A stretch of 62,610 bases of DNA, filler included, from Globobulimina sp. (GCA_003354225.1; 31 parts of 31 records of this genome joined end to end with filler, not necessarily neighbours in it); one strand, 5' to 3'; shown: positions 36,580-49,897, counted from the whole stretch's first letter. A program made the numbers and translations. Notes: generated by a model not told the origin, from the letters alone.

Positions 36580-38163
36580 TTAATTTTCAGATTTTTCTGA
36601 TTTTGAATTTTGTGTTGTTTTCTTTGCCTTTGCATCCATCTCAAATTGTCCATAATCAACCAAATCGATATCATTTTCTCTCAAAGTAAGTCGAGTTTGC
36701 GACGAAATTGCAACATTATATTTTTTCATTTCTGTCAATAACCATTTCACAAATTCTTCTTTTTTATCAAGATCTTTTTCAACCACATTAAAATGACACA
36801 ATCCAACTTTTAAAAAATTATGAAAACACAAGGATGAAATCTCAACGTGTTCATCAATCATTTGCTGATAAAACTTCTTTGCAATCAAAAACTTACAATT
36901 ACTTTCACCAAATGCATCACCACATAAATGGAACAATAGTCCATAAATCACCACATTCCGCTCAATATCCAATTCCTTCATTTTCAAAATTATGTATTTA
37001 ATCATTTTCCAACAATCCTCAACCTTCAATTGATCCATTTCGCCACCCTCAAACACCGAAATTTCCTTAAATTTCCTCACATTTTTATTCCGTTTCTTCC
37101 TTAACTTTTCATTGTTATTCAAACGACACAACGCCTTCAACATTATGCTAAAAACCATCACATCGGCTTCATATCCAACAACATTCGAATTTTCATTATA
37201 ATTATGCAATATTTGCGTAAATAACTCCCAACATTTCATCACATTCCCTCGCGATGCATATCCATTCATTAAGGCACAATAAACGTTTTTATTTGGCACA
37301 TTTGGCGCCAAATATTCATGTGATTCGGTGAATAACTTTTGTGCGTTATCAATGTCCGAATGTTTATGTGCGCCATTAATTAAAATACAAAACGTTAAAT
37401 TATCACATTTTACATGGTTTAAAGTGCGAATGTTTTCATATAAATCGTACGCTTCATTCATTTGATCGGACTTTGAGTATAAATCTAACATTGTATTATA
37501 AGCATCGATATTCAATTCAATATTAAATGTGTTATTTTCTGTATTTATAACAGATTTGAAAAAGCCTTCGCCTCTGCCATATTGTTGTAATTTGCAACAG
37601 GATGAGATTACGGTTGTTATTGTATCACAATCAATTTCTAAATTTATTTTATTTTTTATGGCGGATAGCAAACTGAATATTTTATCACAGGTTTTCTTGC
37701 GCCGCAGACTATCGTTTCGGACTTTGTCCGGTTGACACAAATGTTGCTGACAAGATAACCAAATCATGGTTGTGTATAAATTGGTGCGTAAAAGGGGTAA
37801 ATATTTTTGTGTGGTGGTTAGATCTGAAAACATTTTCCAACACAATTTGAATTCTTCCAAACTTGCTAATTTTTGTATGGCCCAGATATGGTGCGATAGA
37901 ATATCGATATCGTCAGACTCTCCGTATTTGGTTAAAAGATTTAATATTTCATTTGTGTTTTTGCAGTTGTTGTATTCGGCGTAATACGGACTGCTTTTAA
38001 ACTGTTTTCGTGCGAAATGTTTGGATTCGGTGTGGATTGCATTCAGATTTTTTTGTTTATCGTATGATAATTTATGCACAAATGACCTATGTATATGTAG
38101 CATGTCACCGTGCTTTGATAAAAGTCTTTTGAAATTGGTGCAAAGGCTGTGTTTGTGTGCCAT
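36580..38163 (-). CDS. Pentatricopeptide repeat (PPR) protein, probably mitochondrial
   Basis: 35-aa repeats AYNTMLDLYSKSDQMNEAYDLYE, TFCILINGAHK, VYCALMNGYASRGNVMKCWELF. Confidence 0.9.
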   Translation of the reverse strand: MAHKHSLCTNFKRLLSKHGDMLHIHRSFVHKLSYDKQKNLNAIHTESKHFARKQFKSSPYYAEYNNCKNTNEILNLLTKYGESDDIDILSHHIWAIQKLASLEEFKLCWKMFSDLTTTQKYLPLLRTNLYTTMIWLSCQQHLCQPDKVRNDSLRRKKTCDKIFSLLSAIKNKINLEIDCDTITTVISSCCKLQQYGRGEGFFKSVINTENNTFNIELNIDAYNTMLDLYSKSDQMNEAYDLYENIRTLNHVKCDNLTFCILINGAHKHSDIDNAQKLFTESHEYLAPNVPNKNVYCALMNGYASRGNVMKCWELFTQILHNYNENSNVVGYEADVMVFSIMLKALCRLNNNEKLRKKRNKNVRKFKEISVFEGGEMDQLKVEDCWKMIKYIILKMKELDIERNVVIYGLLFHLCGDAFGESNCKFLIAKKFYQQMIDEHVEISSLCFHNFLKVGLCHFNVVEKDLDKKEEFVKWLLTEMKKYNVAISSQTRLTLRENDIDLVDYGQFEMDAKAKKTTQNSKSEKSEN

Positions 38164-38466
38164 GGTTGCTTGATATAAAATAATGTTGAGTGTATTTTTC
38201 AGTTGTTCAGCTAACTCCGTTTATCTCGTCATGTTCGGAAAACATTAACTGGGTCACAATGTTACAAAATGTAAACAGTTGAATGACCATGGCACTCCTG
38301 TCAGACCAAACGAAAGCAATCTGATATATACAACTGATTTCAATCTGNNNNNNNNNNNNNNNNNNNNNNNNNNNNNNNNNNNNNNNNNNNNTTAATTAAT
38401 TAANNNNNNNNNNNNNNNNNNNNNNNNNNNNNNNNNNNNNNNNNNNNAAGTGTTATGGTCGCCGGT

Positions 38467-39066
38467 TTACGCATGGTCAGTCAGAAAGGTATTCATTGAA
38501 TGTAACGAAATTGAAACATCTTTAGGATTTCTGGCGACATAAATCAATTTTGTGTCTGGATGAACATTTTGTATTTGTTCGAAACTTTGAGCTGTTCCAT
38601 GAAAGTGAGTAATTCTTTGAAATCCATCACTTGTTTGATTGTTCCATTTATGATATGCATCCATTCCAAGCCAACCACCATAAAATTCTATATTTGGCAT
38701 CTCCGACACCAAATTAATAGAATCAAATCGATGATGATCTCGTGTTGTTTTATTTTCCCTCAACATTTCCAAACATATTTTTTTGATCCAATGAGTTCCA
38801 GATTTCATAAAACTACAAACTATAATAAATTATAATTGTAGTTATTTGTATGATAATATATATACAATTAAAATTTGCAAACCTGTGATATCTTGATTTG
38901 TGATTTTATGATTTTCATTCATATAATTCATCCATTCCCCGCTATAAAATGGAAGATATGGTTTGCCATTAATTACATTGTGTGTTCCTCCAAATTCCGG
39001 ATGAAATTGATGTAATGGCCCATACACAGGGTTTCCTGTGATTTTGTGATTCCCCAATCGAAGCAT
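38467..39066 (-). CDS. Sulfotransferase (Sulfotransfer_1) N-terminal part; intron about 38813-38882, junction unresolved
   Basis: 5'-PSB MKSGTHW and 3'-PB LIYVARNPKDVSISL motifs. Confidence 0.8.
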
Positions 39067-39116
39067 GATAACTTGATGACTTATTGTTTTTTACTCAGAG
39101 TTAATTATTTTGCAGC

Positions 39117-40256
39117 ATGACTTTGCTAACAACATTGGACGAGGATATTCTTGATATATTAGGATCAGATATTGGCGATTCGCCCAAAACGTCTCTGTTG
39201 ACACCAAATCCATCCAAACTAAAAAACCAAACTATTCCCAGACAAACCATTGAATCTCAACATATTCTGAAAAATGCAGAAGCACTTCTTACAAAAGATA
39301 AAAACACTAAATCGGAAAAACAATTGCCAATGTTAATAAAACCCAAAACAAAACGAAGCAAGAAAATGTTGCACAGTCAATCAAATCGATCATTACCATC
39401 AACAGCAGCTAGTATGTCTGGACCAACTCCAATGAGCAGAGAAGAAGCATTATCATTATTACAATCAGAGTCAGCATTATCATCATCATTGTCACAACAA
39501 AATAAATTAAAACACAGTAATTCCGATAATAAGGATCCAGATATCGATGGTTCTGACGATTTTGATTTCCCAGATTCAATATCACCATCAAAAGATAAAA
39601 CCTATATGTCAGAAAACGAGAGTAATGACAGTATATTGGATTGGTTAGATGCACCTCGGGTAAACAAGCAAAATACGCGAAAACCATTGTTGCCAAAAAA
39701 AACAGCAAAGTCTCACTTAAAATCATCAACACCAACAAATGATGTCTTGGTAACTAAAAAAGAGCATAATGAGACAAAGCAATGCGAGGATAATAACACA
39801 AACAGTGTCGAACAATGGCAGGAATGGTTGGGATTGAGTCCAGATAAAGAAGAAGATAAAGAATTTGTATATTTGGCACAAAGTGCAGCAAAACGTGCAT
39901 TGCCAGTTGAATGGGAAAAAGTTAATGATAATTTATATCGAAATATTAGAACTAATGAGAAAACAATGAGTCATCCATTATTAAAAAATGTGCGAAATGA
40001 ATTGAAATTAGCCCGAAATAATAAAAAACAAAAACAGAAAGAAAAAGAAATTGAAAATGTGAATAAACATTCAAATACAAATACTTCTTTACGACAGATA
40101 GCAACACACATTCATTGTTCTACAAATAAAATGCAGGAAATTAAGATTTCAAATAATCAGAAAACAACGAAATTGATTACAGAAACAAACGAGAAAAAGT
40201 TTGAAACAGAGGAACAAAATAAAGAATTAAATGAAAATGTATATCAACAACAATAG
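39117..40256 (+). CDS. Disordered protein with CEP164-like WW region
   Basis: WLGLSPDKEEDKEFVYLAQSAAKRALPVEWEKV...YRNIRTNEKTMSHP resembles the CEP164 N-terminal module. Confidence 0.55.
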   Translation: MTLLTTLDEDILDILGSDIGDSPKTSLLTPNPSKLKNQTIPRQTIESQHILKNAEALLTKDKNTKSEKQLPMLIKPKTKRSKKMLHSQSNRSLPSTAASMSGPTPMSREEALSLLQSESALSSSLSQQNKLKHSNSDNKDPDIDGSDDFDFPDSISPSKDKTYMSENESNDSILDWLDAPRVNKQNTRKPLLPKKTAKSHLKSSTPTNDVLVTKKEHNETKQCEDNNTNSVEQWQEWLGLSPDKEEDKEFVYLAQSAAKRALPVEWEKVNDNLYRNIRTNEKTMSHPLLKNVRNELKLARNNKKQKQKEKEIENVNKHSNTNTSLRQIATHIHCSTNKMQEIKISNNQKTTKLITETNEKKFETEEQNKELNENVYQQQ

Positions 40257-40489
40257 ACCTTTGGAATTTATCCGGTCGAATTCGCCTTGAGTTCGAGTGC
40301 TTGAAACCTATGGTGGAGTGTATATGATCTCTAAAGGGGTTTGTATGCAAATATATTTCTCTACATCTANNNNNNNNNNNNNNNNNNNNNNNNNNNNNNN
40401 NNNNNNNNNNNNNTTAATTAATTAANNNNNNNNNNNNNNNNNNNNNNNNNNNNNNNNNNNNNNNNNNNNCTTTTTTATTTTTGTTTGTC

Positions 40490-41288
40490 AGGCCGTTCCT
40501 TATCAGCCAATGGATTGCTTGAATGGCATCCGGATATTCCGGAGACGCGTCAGTTGCTGACGTGGGTCAACAGTTTGTCGACTCCCATCGCCGAGCATCA
40601 ATTGGCCGAATTGACGACGGGTAATAGCGGAGTGAGCGGGAATGCGCCACGGCGTACGTTTGGAGAGGTAAAGGAGATGAAATTAGGGGAAGATATTGAC
40701 AGTAGAAAGGATGCGAAAAAGGCGGATTTTTTCACTGTGGTGGCCACAATAACTACCATTGCACAGTCCGCAGATAAGAGGCCATGGTATGAAGCCAATC
40801 CTGATCCAAATTCGGAGGCGAAGAGCGCCAAAGTAACGGCTATGGGCGATGGCAAATGGCGGTGCGAGAAGAATGGGAAAGTGTATGATCGGTATATCCC
40901 GCGCTATATCTTAAGATTCTGCGCTACGGATTTTACGGGCAATGTATGGTTGACGTCGTTTAACGAAGTGGCTGAGAAGATTTTGGGGCTTCCGGCGTCG
41001 AAAGCGGAGCAATTGCTGAAGGATGGCAAATATGCGCAGTATGAGCAGATTTATAAGGACGCGCAGTTTAAGAAATATGTGTTTAAATGCAAGGCGTATA
41101 GCGATGTGTGGGAGGATTCGACGCGAGTCAGATATGATTGTATTGGTGTTGAGATTGCTGATCCTCAGCAAGAGTCGGAGAAATTATTTGAAAAAATTCA
41201 ATTATTACAAAATTTACAAAGGAGCTGTTCAAATAATAATAATAATAGCAATAATAATATGAACAATAATAATAATATGAATTATTGA
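40490..41288 (+). CDS. RPA1: Replication protein A 70 kDa subunit, C-terminal OB fold
   Basis: GRSLS, PDIPETRQLLTW, KADFFTVVATI, PRYILRFCATDFTGNVWLTSFNEVAEKILG. Confidence 0.9.
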
Positions 41289-42491
41289 TTTTAATTTTTT
41301 TTTTTCAGGAGAGACTGGTTTTTTTTTTGTAGAAGTTTTCATTTTATTTAAATTTTAAAGGATTTTCAATTTTTCAAATGGTTTATTGTTTCAAATCATG
41401 AATGTTGTAGATTCTGACTTACAGTCAATTTGCGGTTTTTGTAATTTTGTTTGTTATTTTTTTTTATACACAGTTATCTGTTAAAATATGCACACTACTG
41501 ATCACAGGCAAAGAGGCGCTCGAAAACAACAAATTTAATAAACTTGTATTCCATGTTTGAAAGCTTTGCAGAATAACGGTTTGAGCGCTAAAACATGTTT
41601 ATACAGACGGTAAATTGGAGGCAGTATCCACACCACTAGATACATAAATTTGATTATTTACCATGATAACAGCTGCAGATGATCTCCCTAAATATAAACG
41701 ACGTAAACCAACATTTACAACTTGAATCGTATCTGTAGGGGGTTACTTTTTTTAATTTAATATATTATTATACAAAAACTCTATTGGAAGTACATGGCAA
41801 CTGCACACGATCTCGAAATGAATCCATCACAAAAGGTACTTAAACCTCTATCCTATACCATTCACTCCATCAAAACACATGCACACATTTCCCAAAGCCG
41901 TTTGGTTGCGACCAAGCAAACACAAAACTAAGCTGGGAAGATTTCTCAACATTTTACAAAGTACACACAAACATACAGTATACACACAAACAAATATAAC
42001 TCCACAGACTGCAAACGATTGGGACTATCCCGTAGAGGCAGCACAGTCCACCGAAGTCACCCAACACATCAATACAAACACAACCAATACCAAACCCAAC
42101 GACGACATGTTTAAAAACCACGGCTCCCATCACTCAATGGACATAGTTAAACACCCATACATCAGCCACCTGTGCAAGGATATACACATACATATATTAC
42201 CTAAGCTGGCCGACGAAATGAGCACAAAATGGTCGTACGACATCGCCCACAGCACCCCCGATGCCAACACACTCCCAGCCGACCCCAAATGGAAAGCCAC
42301 CCATTCCACCATCACGCAGCCTCCCCTCGGCACAGAACGCATGGAACAGTTCCTCGACGAAGAAGAAGACAGCCACACAGTCACTCCCTTANNNNNNNNN
42401 NNNNNNNNNNNNNNNNNNNNNNNNNNNNNNNNNNNTTAATTAATTAANNNNNNNNNNNNNNNNNNNNNNNNNNNNNNNNNNNNNNNNNNNN

Positions 42492-43784
42492 AACAATATA
42501 ATTCCAATTTGCATCCATTCAATATCCAATGTTAAAATATATGCGTTTAATATGTATCCATTATTCCACAATATAGAATTTAATATAATCACAGATAACG
42601 TTTCACAAACTCCGCCTATTAAACATAACTTCACATTCGACACATACTGCGATAAAATGGGTATTGCGCACAAAGAAATAGTTTCAGCGCAAGCTTCGCA
42701 AATAGTGACATAAATGCCCAATTTGGCTGCATCTAAATCAAATAATGTTTGCAACCAAAAACCAAAACTTCCATAGTACATTCCCCAATTTGTGACGCAG
42801 GCCAATGTATTCAACATAATAATGACTAATATCATGTCACCAAACAAGACGCTGAGATCTGAAAATAATTTATTATTCCACCCACTATCAGCATGAACAT
42901 CCTCTGCGGGATTTCCATTTTGCAAAATATGTTCTAATTCAATGAAATCATCCTATATAAACAAACAAATTATATAAAACTTGCATATGCAATGCATTCA
43001 GTTAACATACCAATGAGATTGCCGGCATTCGATAAAATAGTAAAATAGTTACGACACTGTTAAAACAAGCAACCATTAACATTGTTTGTTTAAATCCATA
43101 CGCATCAATTAAAGGACCTGTGATTAGAAATAGTACAGTTGAAAAGGTCCAACTTCCCATGAATACAGTAGTTGCAGCATTTTTTCTCCATTTTTTGTCA
43201 CCTTCTATTTCCTGCATAAAGTGGAACCCGACCGAATTGCCTACAGTCCAAAAAATTTGCAACACCAAAGTGCGTGCAAACGACACTATGAATATATTGA
43301 ATACAGAGCCAGATAATAGAGAATTTATAATAGTACAAATCATTCCAAATATGTTCAAAAATAAACATAGATAATTGCATTTATATCCATTTAAGTATGG
43401 TATGATAAATATAGTGGGAAAGGCTGCTGTTGTTATCATTAATAAGCCACATGATAAATACTTAAAAGTTATATGATATTCGAAATCAATGAATGGAGTA
43501 AAAACAAACCATGATTTGAATATTCTGTATTAATTGTTTTATAATTACATCATGATTGTCATAGAAAATGAATGATAAATACTTATTACATACAATTGAT
43601 TGATTGTGCAAACAAATGTTATTATGATTACATCAAACCAAGAAATTGAATACTTGTTTATGAGGACTTGTTTGCTCGATTTGTGTTTGATATTTTTATG
43701 CAGGTTAAATAATGGTATTGTTTCAGAGTTTACTGATTGATTTGGTATTTGATGATGGTCCGATTGCAATGGTTGAGTTGACAT
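42492..43784 (-). CDS. MFS-like multi-TM transporter (multi-exon, 3' truncated)
   Basis: Three consecutive hydrophobic ORFs separated by short intron-like gaps. Confidence 0.6.
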
Positions 43785-44513
43785 TCTTGTATGTATTTGT
43801 ATTTGTCGGATAAAAACTGCGGTAAAAAAAGCAACAGCAAAGTAAATGTAAATTAAGCAATAATTGTGACTGTGACATATATGAAAGTAAAAGTAAGCAG
43901 AGAATAAAACAGATGGTTAAATGAAAGCAAACATATGATTATTTCAATATTGCTGCCTTTTTATTAATATTTGTTAATTCTGTTTCTAAATCATCATCAT
44001 CACTACCATTAAAATCACCAAATTTATCCATATCAATCATACCAAATTCAGCATCAATATCATCCTCAGTGTCAATCATTTGATACTGTTTTGCGTTTTG
44101 TTTACAAACCCACCTAAACCACCAAATAGTATAAATTAGTCCTAAAATGAAGTTAAACGAAGCCCAAATATTTATAAATAAATCATTATTCATTGAATTA
44201 TTAATTTTATTTAAAACATTTCTTTCTAAAATCTGATCGATATCACTTGTCATGATATAATTCGATGTAAATCGATAAACACAAATAACTAAATAACCAA
44301 AATAAAACAGCGATTGTGTATAAATACGTGTTGAGAGCCAAACATTAAATTTCTTTTTATCGAAAATTGATTTTATTAACGGGATAAATACAATAAAACC
44401 GTGTTTAATTAAANNNNNNNNNNNNNNNNNNNNNNNNNNNNNNNNNNNNNNNNNNNNTTAATTAATTAANNNNNNNNNNNNNNNNNNNNNNNNNNNNNNN
44501 NNNNNNNNNNNNN

Positions 44514-45230
44514 ATTTGCGGGAAAATGATGCATTGGGCACAGTTACGCAAACCTGCAAAAGTTTTATGCTACAGATTACTTAATATGATACATAAACAA
44601 ATCCGACAAAATAAAAAATTGAAAAATAAAATATTTTGGATCCCAGATCTCATAATCCAAGATTTCAAATTCTGGTTGAAATACGCCAATTATATGCGCG
44701 ATGTATCTATGCAATCAGTAATAAATCAGCCATCGATAACAATAACAGGTGCAACAGATGCAAGCAGTGTTGGTGGTGGATTTATTGTCGGTAAACACTA
44801 TGCAAACTATCGATTTTTAGACACTATAAATATGGAAGGAATGAATCATAGATATATGTCTATTAATTACCAAGAAGCACATGCCGTAATAATGTTAATT
44901 GACAATTTCAAATCATTGTTAACCGGCAGGAAGCTATTATTATATATTGATAATACTTCGGTATTATTCAGTATGTACAGACATTGGGCGGGAAGTCATA
45001 AACTAATGGAATTTATTCAGGAAATAGTTCTTTTAATGTGTACATATTGTATTGAAATCCACGTTGAATTTATTCCATCGAAGTTTAATGGTTTGGCTGA
45101 TTCCCTATCAAGATTTGAGATGGATCGTTTCTATGAAATTGTTTACGATTATAATATGATAATAGATCAAAATCCTTCCAAATTGATTTATTATCCCAAT
45201 CTCACATTATTGAATAACCCTAACGACTAA
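44514..45230 (+). mobile_element. DIRS/Ngaro retrotransposon RT connection plus RNase H
   Basis: ATDASSVGGG, SINYQEAHAV, LYIDNTSV, FIPSKFNGLADSLSR (D-E-D-D). Confidence 0.9.
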
Positions 45231-45358
45231 AAAAGAACTGCTCGTAAGTTTCCATGATTCAAACAAAAATTTAAAGACTTTGAGAGTTTTTTAGTTTTTC
45301 TTCAAGTATTTCACTAATTTACAGAAACGCTTTGTTGTTTGTTTGTATATCAACTTAG

Positions 45359-46435
45359 GAGTAACTTCGAAAGCAATATGGGCGGATCCAATGGCCCACG
45401 CAGACCCGACTACCACCAGAAATATTATACGAGATTTATTCAGAAAGAGACGAGTCACAACCAAATCAAACTATGTCTCAGTATTAAAGGATTGGTGGGG
45501 TTATTGTGTGGAACGTGGCAGAAACCCCTTCACAAAATATATTGATCCCAGAACGGCAATCTATTGGCAATATGATAGATGCTATAGATTAGGATCATGC
45601 AACTCACACACAACATGGTCATCTGCGTTATCTTGGTATACAAAAGCGTGTGGTGGCTCGCCAACATATTTAGATAATTTATTTTATCAGGATGTACATG
45701 AAACGATGCTTAAATTATATTTAAAACCTAGAGGCATAAGATTACCAATTCGGATTCGTTGGATTGTGAAATACTTACAATTAATTAATGTAACTCCGAA
45801 AACATGGGAAATTTGCCCAATTGACGATTTAACCAAAGCTTCGTTGATTTTGTTCTGTTTTTTCACGATAAGCAGACCAGCAGAACTACTGTATACAGAT
45901 AGCACCGAAAACGCTGAATGGGAAGTTATAACTACTGGTTTACGTTGGGGTGATATCACAGAACATAATTCGAACAAACCGTATGTGAGGAGATATTTAA
46001 AATTGATAATTAACTGGTATAAAAACCAAGAATTTAGGGATGTACCAAAGGAGATCTATATGGCACCACCAATATGCAACAATGTAAGAAATTGCCACTG
46101 CCGTTTCCTGGATTTCTTTGCTATATTTAAGATTTTATTGAGAAGACGACAGACTTTACATCGTCATTTATTACAGAAACAGAAATCAAAACAAAGGAAA
46201 CTTAAAAAGCAATTATTAACAAAACAACTACAAAATTTGAATACAAATAATTTCAATTATGTTTTTGTAGGATCAAATGGTGCGATTTGGCGTCCGTCGA
46301 AATTGACGCAATTCATGAAGGAATTCGTCAAATTACTTCAATTAAAAAAACCAAAAGCATTCCCACCGTATAGTATTCGCATAGGTGCTACATCCTTATG
46401 TAACCAACAAGGAATTGATTTATTGAAAGTCGGCT
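45359..46435 (+). mobile_element. DIRS/Ngaro tyrosine recombinase (3' truncated)
   Basis: FTISRPAELL (catalytic R), WYKN (K), YSIRIGATS; lies directly downstream of the RNase H. Confidence 0.9.
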
Positions 46436-46535
46436 NNNNNNNNNNNNNNNNNNNNNNNNNNNNNNNNNNNNNNNNNNNNTTAATTAATTAANNNNNNNNN
46501 NNNNNNNNNNNNNNNNNNNNNNNNNNNNNNNNNNN

Positions 46536-47020
46536 TGGTCTGAATCATTATTATTATCGCTTGGCAATACAAGGGCTCTTTCACTGAGTCCATTGTTTTC
46601 GATTTCATTTTGATTTCGTTGTGGAATATCATTTATGTTTTGCTTTGGAGGCAACATTTGTAGCAGTTCGGCGATGATTTGTTGTCTTTTTTCGGTTTCA
46701 TTTGGTTTTGGATTTATATAAATTTCAGTAAATGTTTTTGTCAATGTTAAGAATGATTCGATATCCTCTGATTTTTTAATGTATGAATTGATTTTTTCGA
46801 TGAAAAATCCACGGTATTTTGGGTCGAGTTTCTCGATCCTATCAATGGTCCAATCTTTGCAGTCGATTGCGATGAATCTTAATCTCTGTTTGTCTTTGAT
46901 GTTTGAAGTGTTGGTGGATGAGTTTCGAGAAATGTATTCCTTTAATTTCTTGACATTCCAACCGAATATTTCTGTGTCGTCCGGCTCCGCTTTGGTTACA
47001 GATATTTGTTCTGAAGCCAT
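46536..47020 (-). CDS. Hypothetical protein N-terminus, possibly retroelement ORF1
   Basis: Intronless ORF from ATG; WNVKKLKEYI...KDKQRL is SAP/HeH-like; family assignment weak. Confidence 0.35.
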
Positions 47021-47527
47021 GATGTAAGAGTTAAGAGTTTGAAGAGTTTTAAATAAGTTTTTGATGGTACAAATCTATAAATGTCGATTATGGTATAAAG
47101 TTTATTTTTATGTCGATTATGAGTATAATCGAATTAAACAGCTACTGATCCATCATATTGTCGATAAGATGCGGATTACTCCAAAAATCTATATTTATTT
47201 CACAAATGAATGCATGGAATTATTATATCTATAAACATCAACAGAACAAAAACAACAATTTAAACAACAGAAAAAAAGCGTATTCAACAGAAAGAGAAAC
47301 AAACAAAATAAACTTTCAAACAACAAAAAATAGTAAAAATATGTTTTATGGTTTAGGCTAAATTAAAAAAAAAAATTGAACAATGCACACTCGCATAATT
47401 TGTGTACTTTATAATGTAAAACAAAAAAGAAATACGATAATCAAATAGAACATAGAGCAGACAATCCTTGCTCGAAACAATTCGAATTACCGATAATATT
47501 CACAACAAAAAATACACAACAATATCT

Positions 47528-48457
47528 TCAAAATAATTGAAAACGTTTTTTCAACTCAACAGCTTCTTTTTTTCTCACATTCATAGATTTTAATGTTTGT
47601 ATCGGTGCCACAGTGCATCTATCACTTGAACCACCACATTGCCATCGACCATTCACCGCTGGCTTCATACAGACAAAACAAAATGATGTTGAGCACAATC
47701 GACTGTATATACACAATATAATAAATTAAATATGTACAAATATACATATATATAATTATACCATTTCATATGTTTGCAAGCAGTGACATGGCTTATCAAT
47801 TGGCTACAACTTATATTTGGACAACAACGAACCGACGGTACACCATGGACATAACCGACAGTTTTCGTAGCACATTTATTCAAAATATCTAATATCTGCA
47901 ATCTGAACGAACCGTCACATTGATGGGCAGCCGTATATTTTTTGCCACAGTTCCAACAGAAACAATTCATACAAAAAACACATTTTGTTTTAAATTTCCT
48001 GAATCCGTCCAGATTTATTCTATTTTCATGTTTCTTGTTCTTAAAATATAACGTCTCGCAATGATAACATTTCTGCACATTCAAACTTTTATTATTTTCT
48101 ACATTATTCCGCGCAGATAATAACTCTAATTTTTCCATATTAAAATCCAAAGCATGGCCATCCATATCTGACTTTTCATCGCTATCATTGTGACATAATA
48201 TCAGTTTAATTAATGAGTAATGCCATATTGTATTACATTGATTGGTTGCTAACGAAATATTTTCCGGTTTTGCACTGCCGCACATTGCACATTTCTTGAT
48301 CCGTCGGTACGATGTCCGGTTAACACCGCTATTAATATATGTACACTGAAGACAGGACCATTTTCGTCTATTTTGACTGGTAGTGTCTGCACCATATTTT
48401 TGCTCCGGTTCCTCATTTAAAGTATGTGGACATTTTAAATATCGATTTGCTTGATCC
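47528..48457 (-). CDS. RanBP2-ZnF plus IBR/RING (RBR-like) protein, C-terminal part, spliced
   Basis: WSCLQCTYIN; CMNCFCWNCGK; VPSVRCCPNISCSQLISHVTACKHMK...CSTSFCFVC. Confidence 0.75.
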
Positions 48458-48674
48458 NNNNNNNNNNNNNNNNNNNNNNNNNNNNNNNNNNNNNNNNNNN
48501 NTTAATTAATTAANNNNNNNNNNNNNNNNNNNNNNNNNNNNNNNNNNNNNNNNNNNNATTAAATGGCTTAAACAGCCAATGAGAATTAGAGAAAAATCAC
48601 CATATTAAAGTCTAAATATTACATAATCGAATGCATAAAATATTGTCACAATTTATGATTTAGCTTACAAATTA

Positions 48675-49532
48675 ATGAAATATTTAAATCCAGAAATTAG
48701 AAATATTGACCATAAATCTGCGACATTTGAAATAAAAACTTTATTCAATAATAAATGGAATGCATTCAATATAATCAAATTTATCATTGCATTCACAAAA
48801 CAGTTATCTGATCACTTAAACACTAAAATTGCCAAAGATAATGATGAAGCGCGTCTACTTAGAACCATTCGAACATTCTGCGCCTATAAAATGTTTGATT
48901 TACAAAAATTAAATGAAATAATAACAGATCAAATACGTAATGACTCAGTGACTGCAGTTGCATTTTTTATTTGGTTCAATGTTGGATTAAAATTAGCGCT
49001 CAAACGAGATCATTCATTTTATGTTACTTTCATCTCAAATTTAATGCAGTCGCAGTCCGCATTAAAAACAACAAAAACATTGATGTCGGTGTTATCGTCG
49101 ACATTTATTAATTTTGATCCCGATGAACTGCTGAAAAAAAGAGAAAAAATACCTTCGTCGATGACTTTGGCGGATTTGATTGTTTTAAAAGAATTAAAAG
49201 CTGATAATATTAATCAAAACTGGAACCAAAATATCTCCAATCAAAACTGGAGAAATAATAATAAATCCTTTAATAAAAATTCTTCAAATCGAAATATTTC
49301 AAACACTAATAATTGGAAATCGAATGTTGACCGAAATTTGAATATTTACGCGGCTGAAAAATTGATTAGAAATAAGTTGCGCGGCAAAAATATCAAATAT
49401 GATTTAAATAGTAAATATTGCTCATTTTTCAATGCTTATAGTTATTGTCGATATGGTACAAATTGTCGTAAAAAGCATCCCTGTATTTTTGATGATGAAA
49501 AACATTCATTAAGAGATTGCAAAGCTGTTTGA
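48675..49532 (+). mobile_element. Gag-like ORF1 of YR retrotransposon with terminal CCCH-type zinc finger
   Basis: YCSFFNAYSYCRYGTNCRKKHPCIFDDEKHSLRDC at the C-terminus, upstream of RT on the same contig. Confidence 0.7.
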
Positions 49533-49897
49533 TTAGATTGGCTCTATTATTTATATGAATATTCATTAAATTTGTTTATATTAATTGTAAATGGCTTCAA
49601 TACCATTAATTATCAGAAATTAATAATTTGTATCGATTAATAAGTTCTATATCCAAATTTAAATAATCTTCATTCAACTCAAATATCTTAAATCTGCTGT
49701 TTAAATTACTTAATTTTTAAATATTTAATTCCATTGATAAAATCTTTAATATTTTCATTTTAAATAAGTTTCAACGTTGAATTTGTATATCACAAATTTT
49801 CTGTTGTTATGTTGTTGTTCCTTTGCCCATTCCCTAATTTTTTCATCGTATTTTGAGAATGTTCTGTTTCAGCCATTGATACCAACATTGCGTCTTC

